Positions 24,854 to 33,480 of a DNA stretch of 64,000 nucleotides are shown here, in pieces (the stretch's first letter is position 1; the number at the start of each line of letters is the position of its first letter). The translations under genes and the position numbers were made by a program. The notes beneath the pieces are model-generated. The model had not been told where the DNA came from. It saw nothing but the letters and a program-made list of their open reading frames with translations, and did no database searches. The DNA lies in NCBI GenBank assembly GCA_035559235.1, contig DATMBM010000004.1:4684-68683 (forward strand), written 5' to 3'. The DNA comes from Minisyncoccota bacterium (GTDB lineage: Bacteria > Patescibacteriota > Minisyncoccia > Phycocordibacterales > UBA2100).

Positions 24854-25753
24854 ATGACACAGACACTCAATTACAGTGCAGCGGTTGCAACGATCGCAGC
24901 ACTTGTCTTGTCCATGACGGCAGTCGGTACGGCCTTCGCAGGCTCGAACTCCGAACTCGATCTTGACATGGACAATGATGTGAAGATCAAAGTCACAAAC
25001 AACGCCAACGTCATCAGCTCGACCTCGGCTTCGGCTTCGACCGGCGGTAACTACGCTGGTGGCTCCTACGGTGGCAACGGCGGCAACGGCGGCGACGGCG
25101 AAGAGGGCGGCGAAGCAGATGCTGATGCAGATGCAGATGCTGACGCAGACCACGATGGCGACGCTGATGCAAACGCAGACGCGACGGCAAACGGTGGTGA
25201 CGGTGGTAAGGGCGGCAAAGGCGGCCGCGGCGGCGATGTCGGCGTTGGCGGCACGGTTGTGACCGGCGACGCGACGGCAAACGCTGGCTCGATGAATGTC
25301 GTCAACTCGAACGACATTAAGGTTGAAGGCTGTGGCTGCGATGCAGACCTCGGCGACCTCGATGATTTCGACGATGCCGACGTGGACCTCGAGAACGAGG
25401 TTGAAGTCGAGCTTCACAACAACGGCTTCGTCTACAGCCGCACGGATGCGTACGCTAAGACTGGCTGGAACAAAGCCGGCGGTTCTTCGGGCGGCAACGG
25501 CGGCGAAGGCGGCAAAGGAGAAGAGGGCGGCAAGGCAGATGCTGACGCAGATGCGGACGCAGATGCTGACGGCCACGATGACTCGAATGCAGACGCTGAC
25601 GCTGACGCCAATGGCGGCGACGGTGGCAGTGGCGCGAAGGGTGGTCGCGGCGGCGATGTCGGTGAGGGCGGTCTCGTTTCGACGGGCAATGCTCGCACCA
25701 ACTCGGGCTCGATCAACGTCGTGAACACGAACCTTGTTCGTGTAATCCGATAG
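24854..25753 (+). CDS. Secreted Gly/Asp/Ala-rich protein made of two tandem repeats of about 150 aa
   Basis: Signal peptide (MTQTLNYSAAVATIAALVLSMTAVGTAFA). Each repeat has GGNGG…(AD)n…GGDGG(K/S)G…GGRGGDVG…TGDATANAGSMNVVNSN / TGNARTNSGSINVVNTN. Confidence 0.6.
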   Translation: MTQTLNYSAAVATIAALVLSMTAVGTAFAGSNSELDLDMDNDVKIKVTNNANVISSTSASASTGGNYAGGSYGGNGGNGGDGEEGGEADADADADADADHDGDADANADATANGGDGGKGGKGGRGGDVGVGGTVVTGDATANAGSMNVVNSNDIKVEGCGCDADLGDLDDFDDADVDLENEVEVELHNNGFVYSRTDAYAKTGWNKAGGSSGGNGGEGGKGEEGGKADADADADADADGHDDSNADADADANGGDGGSGAKGGRGGDVGEGGLVSTGNARTNSGSINVVNTNLVRVIR

Positions 25754-25892
25754 TTGCTCACAGAAGGCAGGGAGGCCCTCCAATGACTGCAAGGTCAAAG
25801 GACGGGTAAACAACTCCCTCCTTCTCATGGAAATCGAAGCCTCCCGGTTTGGGTTTCCATAGGAAGGACATTACAAGCGAAACCACGATCCT

Positions 25893-28856
25893 ATGAAAAT
25901 TACGCATCCGTACCTCATGAAAATCGCGAGCATCATTACAGTGTTCGTGCTTGTGTCCGTCTATACGATGCCGCTCATTACGGTGCACGCGGAAGGCGAA
26001 GGAGGCGGCGAATCATCGTCGGTTGGTGGCTCGGGAGGTGATGGCGGCAGTGGTGGAAGCGGAGATACGGGAGGCGCCGGTGGCAACGCCGGAGGCGGAG
26101 GAGACGCGAACAGCTCGTCTTCGGGCGACAGTTCTTCGACTGCCGGAGGAGGCGGTACCGGGGGCAGTGGCGGGGACAGCACCGGCGGAGGATCAAGCGG
26201 AACAGGAGGTGATGGCGGTGAAGGAGGCGCCGGCGGGAACGCGCAAGACACTTCTAATGGCGGCTCATCGGAAGCAACTGGCGGCAACGGCGGCGACGGC
26301 GGCAGTGGCGGTAATGCCGAAGGAAATGGCACCGCAGGTAGCGGAGGAACTGGCGCGGGAGGAGGAGATGCCAATGCGAACTCAAATACAGACAACGGAT
26401 CAGACGCATCAGCAGATGCGCAAGGCGGCAATGGCGGAGGTGGGGGAAGTGGTGGTGATGGCACTGGTGCCAATGCAGACGGCGGCAACGGCGGCGACGC
26501 CGGAACGGGGGGCGATGCGAACGGGAATGCCAACGCCAACGGTGGTGGGGACGCCGATGCGGGAGCGACCGGAGGCGACGGAGGAAGCGGTGGTGACGGT
26601 GGTTCAGGCGGGGACGCCAATGGTGCAACACCCGACGGCGCACCAACGACGATCGCTACAGGCGATGCGAATTCCTCGGCGAGCGCTGGTGGAAGTTCGA
26701 ACACGACTGATGCGACAGTCCCGCTCGGTAATGAGGCGAACGATGACGAGACTGAGCTCAAACTTGAAAACGTGCTCGGCGCAACGACTACCGCAACGTC
26801 GACGGCGGAAACGGGAGAGAACGTGATCGAAGAGGCTGAAGACGGGACCATCCTCACCGGCGCGGCAAACGCCTTCAGCTGGATTTTCGCGCTCTTCAAC
26901 GTTGCAGTCGTGAATTCGACCGGCTCCATCCATTTCTATAAAAATCCGGTCGGTGAAGCGTTGAATTTCACCCAGCGATTCGTTGACGCATTCCGTAACA
27001 TGGCGCGCGACGGCGCATGCTCGCTCGTCCGCTGCGACGGAATCGACGGCGTCGTCCTCAAGGTGTACAACGAAAACGTCGCAAATGTCGAAAATGTCGC
27101 CGTGTCCCGCGCTCAGTCGGGCGGCAACGATTGCAGCAGCACCGACGGGACTTGTGAAATCGGGACCGGAGACACCGACGCGATGTCGGGTATCGTAAAC
27201 GTCGGTAACCTCACGATGGTTGATTCGCGCTACCTCCTCCTCTTTATGGCAAATCAGGGTGACCTTGACGGAGACATCCTGCTGCCGGACGGCGCATTCT
27301 TCGAATCGCTCTCGACGGGCGCCCGCATCGGTCGTGCAAGTGATATCGAAGCGTCATCGACCGCAGAAATCATCGACACGGCATCCTCGACCGCCGAAAC
27401 CGGCGCCAATACGGCGATTGGCCCCGAAGGCTCTGTAATCGAGACCGGTGATGCGAACGCGCATGCATCCGACATAAACTTCGTAAACCAGCTCGGTGCG
27501 CCGATCTGCTTCATCGTCGCCGTTGGGGGTGAGTGGCGCGGCGACGTCGTGCAGTTACCAGGCATGTTCTCGCACGAAAGCGCGCCATTTGGCGAAATCA
27601 TCTGTGGTGCCGGAGGCTCCTCGCGCGATCCCGTAACTGGTCTGGAACTAGAAGTGGAAAACTACGCAAAAATCTTCAACACGGCGATCGCTGAGGCGGT
27701 CAGCGGCAACAACGAAGCGCAAGGTCTCCTGGCGAAAATCAAGACGGGTGACGCGAGCGCCTTCGCGCAAATCCTCAACCTCGTCAACGTAACGCTTATC
27801 GGACAGGACTGGATCTTCGCCAACTTTGCGATTTCCGGCGATTGGGACGGCGATCTGGTCTTCGGCGTGAAGCCGGGCGAGGACGACATCCTCGGTGACC
27901 TCATCGAGGAGCACGTTCTCGGCGTCTCCGGCGGCAGTGCAAGCGTCTGGAACCACCCGGAACCTAAAATCACCATGGTAAAGACAGCCGATGTCGAACA
28001 GGCGATGTCTCCAGCGACTGTTAATTACACGATCGTCGTGAACAACAACGGCGGTGACGCAACAGACGTCGTCGTTGTCGACACCATGAAGGGTCCGGAC
28101 GGCTCCGTAATCGGCAAGCAGATGTGGAAACTTGGGAATGTGAAGAGTAAGGAAGAAGTGAAAATCACCTACACGGTCGAATTCAAAGGCGATGTGACGA
28201 CGGGCTACTACACCAACACCGCAGTCCTCACCGGCAAGCGAAGCACCGGCAGCAGCCTCACCAAGGTGACTGCAACCGACGTGGTTGAAGTTGGCGTAGC
28301 CGAAGTGCTTGGGGAATCCTGCGCACCGATCCTGACCGAATACATCCGGCCGTGGCGCACAAATTCGCCGGAACAAGTCCGCTCGTTGCAGTCCTTCCTC
28401 AATGCCTACGAAGGAGAAACGCTTGCGGAGACCGGCGTGTACAATAGTGCGACGCAAGCAGCGGTGAAGCGCTTCCAGGGCAAATATGCGAGCGATATCT
28501 TGGCTCCATGGGGCATCTCGCAGCCGACCGGCAACGTCTACTACACGACCCAGAAAAAGGTTAACCAGATGGCGTGCGCCGACATCGACTTCTCGCTGAC
28601 ACCCGCACAGATCGCTGAAATCGAATCCTTCAAGGCGTCAACGAAGCAGAAGCAAGAGCAGACGATCCAGGAGGGCAATACCGGTGTGACGCCGAAGCAC
28701 CTGCTGGAGTTGCCGTTCGTTGCCGCGCCGGTTTTCTTCAAGACGGATGCGTCGCAAGGTCAGCCGGCATCGACGTCGGCGCTGCTCCAGCAGCAGTTGA
28801 AAGTCTTCGCATCATGGCTAGTGTTCGCGCCGCTTGTTGAAGCGTTCGAGATATAA
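25893..28856 (+). CDS. Large cell-surface protein: signal peptide, a Gly-rich region of about 230 aa, five TGDAxA…VN motif units, a DUF11-like domain and a C-terminal PG-binding-like domain
   Basis: 987 aa. The DUF11-like stretch is TIVVNNNGGDATDVVVVDTM. The C-terminus is homologous to that of the 23300 gene (QVRSLQSFLNAYEG…VKRFQGKYASDILAPWGISQPTGNVYYTTQKKVN). Confidence 0.7.
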   Translation: MKITHPYLMKIASIITVFVLVSVYTMPLITVHAEGEGGGESSSVGGSGGDGGSGGSGDTGGAGGNAGGGGDANSSSSGDSSSTAGGGGTGGSGGDSTGGGSSGTGGDGGEGGAGGNAQDTSNGGSSEATGGNGGDGGSGGNAEGNGTAGSGGTGAGGGDANANSNTDNGSDASADAQGGNGGGGGSGGDGTGANADGGNGGDAGTGGDANGNANANGGGDADAGATGGDGGSGGDGGSGGDANGATPDGAPTTIATGDANSSASAGGSSNTTDATVPLGNEANDDETELKLENVLGATTTATSTAETGENVIEEAEDGTILTGAANAFSWIFALFNVAVVNSTGSIHFYKNPVGEALNFTQRFVDAFRNMARDGACSLVRCDGIDGVVLKVYNENVANVENVAVSRAQSGGNDCSSTDGTCEIGTGDTDAMSGIVNVGNLTMVDSRYLLLFMANQGDLDGDILLPDGAFFESLSTGARIGRASDIEASSTAEIIDTASSTAETGANTAIGPEGSVIETGDANAHASDINFVNQLGAPICFIVAVGGEWRGDVVQLPGMFSHESAPFGEIICGAGGSSRDPVTGLELEVENYAKIFNTAIAEAVSGNNEAQGLLAKIKTGDASAFAQILNLVNVTLIGQDWIFANFAISGDWDGDLVFGVKPGEDDILGDLIEEHVLGVSGGSASVWNHPEPKITMVKTADVEQAMSPATVNYTIVVNNNGGDATDVVVVDTMKGPDGSVIGKQMWKLGNVKSKEEVKITYTVEFKGDVTTGYYTNTAVLTGKRSTGSSLTKVTATDVVEVGVAEVLGESCAPILTEYIRPWRTNSPEQVRSLQSFLNAYEGETLAETGVYNSATQAAVKRFQGKYASDILAPWGISQPTGNVYYTTQKKVNQMACADIDFSLTPAQIAEIESFKASTKQKQEQTIQEGNTGVTPKHLLELPFVAAPVFFKTDASQGQPASTSALLQQQLKVFASWLVFAPLVEAFEI

Positions 28857-28874
28857 GGAGCCGTCCTGAGAACC

Positions 28875-29396
28875 ATGAAAAGACTCTTCGCCATCAGCTT
28901 GCTTGCGATGGTTGCGGCGCCGCTTGCGGCGAACGCCGACTGGATCGAAGACGTGATTGAAGTCGTGAAATCAGGCAACGGTACAGTCGTCGAGTCGCAC
29001 TCTTCCGCTTCGACCGGCGGGCAGACGGCGGCGAGCGGGCAAACGGTTACGACCGGAGACGTGAGCGCATCGTCGCATACCGAAACGCGCATCAATGCAA
29101 ATTCTTCCGGCGGGGAGGTAACGGTGAAGGTTGAGACATCGCGAAACGGCGAGACGGAGACGAAAGAATATGCGCAACCGATTGAGCCGGAGGCGGGAGT
29201 GCATGTCGAAGTAAACGCGCATGCGACCAACGATGAGACGAACAGTGAGGTGCGAGTCGACGGAGAAGTTGTTGCGGAAACCGGAAGTGATTCACACGCT
29301 GAATCTAGTAGTACATCCGCCGGGATCTCGGCCTTTTTCACTGCGTCCGTGCCAAACTTTTTCAAAAAGGTGCTTTCCTTCTTCAGTTGGTTCTAG
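28875..29396 (+). CDS. Small secreted protein carrying one TGDVSASSHTETRINANSSG motif unit
   Basis: Signal peptide (MKRLFAISLLAMVAAPLAANA) and an AAGGAG Shine-Dalgarno. The motif is related to those in the two upstream genes. Confidence 0.55.
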   Translation: MKRLFAISLLAMVAAPLAANADWIEDVIEVVKSGNGTVVESHSSASTGGQTAASGQTVTTGDVSASSHTETRINANSSGGEVTVKVETSRNGETETKEYAQPIEPEAGVHVEVNAHATNDETNSEVRVDGEVVAETGSDSHAESSSTSAGISAFFTASVPNFFKKVLSFFSWF

Positions 29397-29526
29397 TACC
29401 GCTTCATCGGTGCGGCAGGCAGGCGCGCTACCATTGTGAAATGACCGAGCAGCCGCCCGCAACGACACCCGATGCTAAGCCGATCCCGTCCCCGGCGGAG
29501 CCGATGTAAGGTAGCGTTGGAATCTG

Positions 29527-29535
29527 TGCGATAAT
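29527..29535 (+). promoter_or_regulatory. Extended -10 box TGcGATAAT, 6 nt upstream of the ATG at 29542. Proposed leaderless promoter.
   Basis: The sequence reads tgTGcGATAATgcgaagATG. Confidence 0.4.
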
Positions 29536-29541
29536 GCGAAG

Positions 29542-30528
29542 ATGGCGCGGCGAAAACGGCGCGGAATCGACCTTGGAGATTTTGGGTGGAGTCCGCGATT
29601 TTTGAAAGAAGAAGTATATGTCGCGACGTTTGTGCTCGTCGTATGTCTTTTTGCCGGTGCGGGCATGCTCGATCGCTACATCAAAGAGGCAGAATCCCCT
29701 TACATCGCAGCGGTTATAGCAGCGGTACTGACGGAGCTTGCGAACGAGGATCGGCAGCAGGAGGGGCTACGGGCATTGCAAACCAATCCAAAGTTAGTTG
29801 CAGCGGCCCAGCGCAAGGCCGATGACATGGCAGCGAAGGGATACTTCGCGCACGAGACGCCGGAAGGGCATAATTCCTGGCACTGGTTTCGGGAAGTAGG
29901 CTACGACTATGCGTACGCCGGGGAGAATCTTGCGGTGAATTTTTCTGAAAGCGCCGACGTCGAGAAAGCGTGGATGGCTTCGCCGACGCACCGCGAAAAC
30001 ATATTGAATGCGCGGTACACGGAGATCGGTATCGCGACGGCCGTCGGGACGTATAAAGGAAAGCCCGCGATTTTCGCGGTACAGATGTTTGGGCACCCAT
30101 CGGAAGCAGAGTTGCGATCGCGTGAGAGTGCCCCTGGCGACGTACCGGCTCGTGCGCCGGCGTCCGCGACAGCCACATCGGTCGGGGCGACGCTGGGCGA
30201 AGCGACAGAAACGGAAGAAGTACAGCCGATTGGCGCGCTCGCGGAAGAAGATGGTGACGCGGCGGTCATCGCCGAATCAGACATCCCGTGGTGGGCGTAT
30301 CTGGCAGCGCAGCCGAAGCAGACATTGCGATATGCATACTATGTGCTCGGTCTCCTCATCCTGGCGGCGCTTTTCTTTGACATGGAACTCGAGCTGAAGT
30401 GGCATCACTTCCGCCATGCGCGCAAAGCCGGATACCTACTCGCGACGATGTCCATGCTCTTCATCGCCGCCGACTGGCTCTTTTTTGCGGAGCCGACACT
30501 TGCAGTACTAGGAATATTGGCCCATTAG
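29542..30528 (+). CDS. CAP/SCP/PR1-like (YkwD-type) domain protein with flanking TM helices
   Basis: CAP-domain pattern LQTNPKLVAAAQRKADDMAAKGYFAHETPEGHNSWHWF…GENLAVNFSESADVEKAWMASPTHRENIL. One N-terminal and about three C-terminal TM helices. Confidence 0.65.
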   Translation: MARRKRRGIDLGDFGWSPRFLKEEVYVATFVLVVCLFAGAGMLDRYIKEAESPYIAAVIAAVLTELANEDRQQEGLRALQTNPKLVAAAQRKADDMAAKGYFAHETPEGHNSWHWFREVGYDYAYAGENLAVNFSESADVEKAWMASPTHRENILNARYTEIGIATAVGTYKGKPAIFAVQMFGHPSEAELRSRESAPGDVPARAPASATATSVGATLGEATETEEVQPIGALAEEDGDAAVIAESDIPWWAYLAAQPKQTLRYAYYVLGLLILAALFFDMELELKWHHFRHARKAGYLLATMSMLFIAADWLFFAEPTLAVLGILAH

Positions 30529-30579
30529 ATATCCACGGCTAAGCCTTTGCCGCCCCTTAGTTACAGATACAATCCGCTC

Positions 30580-31512
30580 ATGACCGTGCGGATTACGCAC
30601 ATCGTGGTCGCATTCATCGCAGTGGTGGTACTCGTTGGCGGCGCGTTTACGTTTGGCATGAAGTGGGGCGGGAATCCGGAATCGCAGGGCGCGACGGTTG
30701 CCGAGGCGATCGATAAAGAAGAGTTTTCCGAGCCGAATGAGGAAGACGGCATGGCGGAAGGCGCGGAGCCAACGTATGCGGTGACGAAAATAATCGACGG
30801 CGACACAATCGCCGTCTCGATCGACGGGAAGACGGAGACGGTCCGTCTCATCGGCATCGATACGCCGGAAACCGTCGATACGCGCGTCGAAGTCCAGTGT
30901 TTTGGCGCAGAGTCGTTCGCCAAATTACGCTCGCTTCTCACCAACAGAAAGGTGTCTCTCGAGATTGATGAGGGAGAAGGTGAACGCGATAAATACAAAC
31001 GACTCTTAGCGTATGTCTTTCGCGACGACGGGCTCTTCATCAATAAGTACATGGTCGAAGAGGGATACGCATACGAGTACACGTACGATACGGCGTATCA
31101 CTACCAAAAGGAATTTAGAGCAGCCGAGACGGCGGCAAAAAATGCACAGAAGGGGTTGTGGGCGCCAGATGCATGTCCTGCAGAAACACCGCAGCCTGCC
31201 GCGACGAAACCGCAGGTGAAAGGAACGACGTCGACGCAAACCGAAGCGGCAGCGACCCCCGCAGCCGTCACGCAGGAGCAGACTGCGCAAACGGAAACGC
31301 AAGCTCAACAGTCGCGGGAACCGGAGCATGAACCCGAACCGACCACGCCGCCAAGTGGCTCGTACACGTGTTCGTCCAACAAATACAATTGTTCAGATTT
31401 CTCGACCCATGCGGAGGCGCAGGCGGTATTCGAGCAATGCGGCGGCGTGGACAACGACGTACACAAGCTCGACAGCAACAAGGACGGCGAAGCGTGCGAA
31501 AGCCTACCTTAA
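30580..31512 (+). CDS. Thermonuclease (staphylococcal-nuclease fold) fused to a C-terminal Excalibur calcium-binding domain
   Basis: SNase motifs (KIIDGDTIAV…RLIGIDTPE…KRLLAYVF). The Excalibur domain reads CSDFSTHAEAQAVFEQCGG…LDSNKDGEACE. Start chosen at 30580 because a TACAAT box (30568-30573) lies 6 nt upstream. An N-terminal TM helix follows the start. Confidence 0.7.
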   Translation: MTVRITHIVVAFIAVVVLVGGAFTFGMKWGGNPESQGATVAEAIDKEEFSEPNEEDGMAEGAEPTYAVTKIIDGDTIAVSIDGKTETVRLIGIDTPETVDTRVEVQCFGAESFAKLRSLLTNRKVSLEIDEGEGERDKYKRLLAYVFRDDGLFINKYMVEEGYAYEYTYDTAYHYQKEFRAAETAAKNAQKGLWAPDACPAETPQPAATKPQVKGTTSTQTEAAATPAAVTQEQTAQTETQAQQSREPEHEPEPTTPPSGSYTCSSNKYNCSDFSTHAEAQAVFEQCGGVDNDVHKLDSNKDGEACESLP

Positions 31513-31759
31513 TCCCGGCGGTCGCGAATGTCGATACCGAGGATGAACCCCAGGAGATCGATGAAGAAGCCGCCTATGGCGCGCGAAAGCGCGCGCAAAA
31601 TCCGCAGTTCGAGGATGACGGCGTCTGCGAAAAGTTCATGGAATCGATAGTGTGTGATGCGTTGCATGTGCGGCTTGAGACGGGCTTTGTCAATGTCTCT
31701 TACAGCCAAAAAACCACCAAATTTGGCCTTTTCTAACGGACACGGTACTATGACCATTC

Positions 31760-33469
31760 ATGGGTCCGATCGTCCGCAACCTTTCATATGCACGAAACGG
31801 AGCGGCGGTCGCCCTTTCATTTTTCACCTCCGAAATTCGCGGTCTCCAGGCCGCCGCATACATCCTTGCGATCTCTTCGCTCCTTTCCTCGATCCTCGCG
31901 CTCTTACGCGATCGCGTGCTCGCGCACCTTTTCGGCGCCGGCATAGAGCTCGACCTCTACTACGCGGCATTCCGCATACCGGATCTGGTGTTTATCGGCA
32001 TCGGCGCCCTTGTCTCGGCGTACATGCTCATCCCGGAATTGTCCCGGCGCGATGAGACGGCGCAGAAGCGCTACCTGGATACGGTTATTGCAGGCTTCTC
32101 AATCCTCGTTGTGATTGCAAGCGCGGTAGCGTACGTCCTTGCGCCGCTCATTTTGCAGAAATTTTTCCCCGCACTCACCGTCGGCGATTCGTTTGCGACG
32201 CTCACGCTGTTAACGCGCATCTTGCTCGTGCAGGCGATTCTCCTCGGCTTTTCAAATATCGCCGCCGCGGTCACGCAGTTCAAACACCGGTATGCGCTCT
32301 ACGCCGCAAGCCCGATCGTCTACAACCTCGGGATCGTCGCAGGCGCACTTTTCTTGTATCCGCTGTACGGCTTGCCGGGCCTCGTTTGGGGCGTCGTCAT
32401 CGGCGCCGCACTTCATCTTGGGATCCAGCTGCCGCCCGCGATGCGTGACGGATTTTTCATCCGGTTCCCGCACTTCAAGGAGTCTCGCGCGTTTTTCGAC
32501 ACCATCCGGATCTCAATGCCGCGTGCGCTTGCACTCTCCATGAACCAGCTTGCGTTTTTCGGCCTACTGTCGCTCGCAGGGGCGCTTTCGGTCGGTTCAA
32601 TCTCGATCTTTATGTTTGCATACAACCTGCAGGGCGTTCCACTCTCTATCATCGGCGCAAGCTATGCGACCGCTGCGTTCCCGACGCTGGCGTACGCATT
32701 TTCGCGGGGCGATAACGACGTATTTCTCGCCCAGGTCTATCTTGCGGCGCGACAAATCCTGTTCTGGTCACTTCCGGTGATCGCGATCATGGTGGTGTTG
32801 CGCGCACACATTGTCCGCGCAGTCCTCGGCAGCGGCGCCTTCGATTGGACCGACACGCGCCTTACCGCTGCCGCGCTCGCGCTCTTTGTCATCTCGCTTG
32901 CCGCACAGGGCTTGACACTCCTCCTCATCCGCGCGTTCTATGCGTCCGGGCGGACCCTGGCGCCATTTCTCGTTTCTCTCATGACCGCGATCGTCACCGT
33001 ACTTCTCGGCGTCACCTTCCTGCAAATGGTGGGAAACCCGAGCGCGGGGAATTTCCTCGAGGCGCTCTTGCGCGTCGAGGGCGTGCCGGGCAGCTCTGTC
33101 CTCGTGCTCGCGCTCGCGTACGCGACATCTTCAATCATCGGTGTACTCGTGCTTGCGCTGTATTTTGAATCTCGCTTCGGCAATTTCTTCTCTGAGACGC
33201 GTCGCGTGTGGTGGCAGAGCCTCTGCGCAGCGCTCGGCGCAGGGATTTTCTCGTACCTCACGCTCCATGCAATCGGCGACATCGAGATCGGCTCGACGCT
33301 CGGCTCGATCCTGCTTCGCGGAGCCACGGCGGGCCTAAGCGGCTGCGCCGCCGCCGTTTTCGTCTACTATCTCTTGGGCAGCCGTGAATTGGCGGAAAAC
33401 GTGGCGACCCTTCGACGCCGCCTATGGCGCGAGGCCGAGCCAGTTGCGAGCGCGGAGCAGTCAGCATAG
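31760..33469 (+). CDS. murJ: Lipid II flippase MurJ/MviN
   Basis: 14-TM MOP-superfamily protein. The N-terminal region (LRDRVLAHLFGAGIELDLYYAAFRIPDLVF) parallels E. coli MurJ. Confidence 0.8.
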   Translation: MGPIVRNLSYARNGAAVALSFFTSEIRGLQAAAYILAISSLLSSILALLRDRVLAHLFGAGIELDLYYAAFRIPDLVFIGIGALVSAYMLIPELSRRDETAQKRYLDTVIAGFSILVVIASAVAYVLAPLILQKFFPALTVGDSFATLTLLTRILLVQAILLGFSNIAAAVTQFKHRYALYAASPIVYNLGIVAGALFLYPLYGLPGLVWGVVIGAALHLGIQLPPAMRDGFFIRFPHFKESRAFFDTIRISMPRALALSMNQLAFFGLLSLAGALSVGSISIFMFAYNLQGVPLSIIGASYATAAFPTLAYAFSRGDNDVFLAQVYLAARQILFWSLPVIAIMVVLRAHIVRAVLGSGAFDWTDTRLTAAALALFVISLAAQGLTLLLIRAFYASGRTLAPFLVSLMTAIVTVLLGVTFLQMVGNPSAGNFLEALLRVEGVPGSSVLVLALAYATSSIIGVLVLALYFESRFGNFFSETRRVWWQSLCAALGAGIFSYLTLHAIGDIEIGSTLGSILLRGATAGLSGCAAAVFVYYLLGSRELAENVATLRRRLWREAEPVASAEQSA

Positions 33470-33480
33470 GATGAGGCCTC

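Noticed and set aside
24812-26929. Long minus-strand ORFs (24812-25828 338 aa, 25961-26929 322 aa) and off-frame plus-strand ORFs (25296-25724, 25951-26826) opposite the Gly/Asp-rich secreted genes
   Set aside because: They are Pro/Arg/Ala-rich mirror translations of GGN/GAC repeat DNA. The sense-strand frames have signal peptides and conserved C-terminal domains.
31509-31757. 82-aa minus-strand ORF and small plus-strand ORFs in the 247-nt gap between the nuclease gene and murJ
   Set aside because: No start-site signals of the type used elsewhere in this genome, and no recognisable fold. The gap more likely holds the murJ promoter. Left unannotated.
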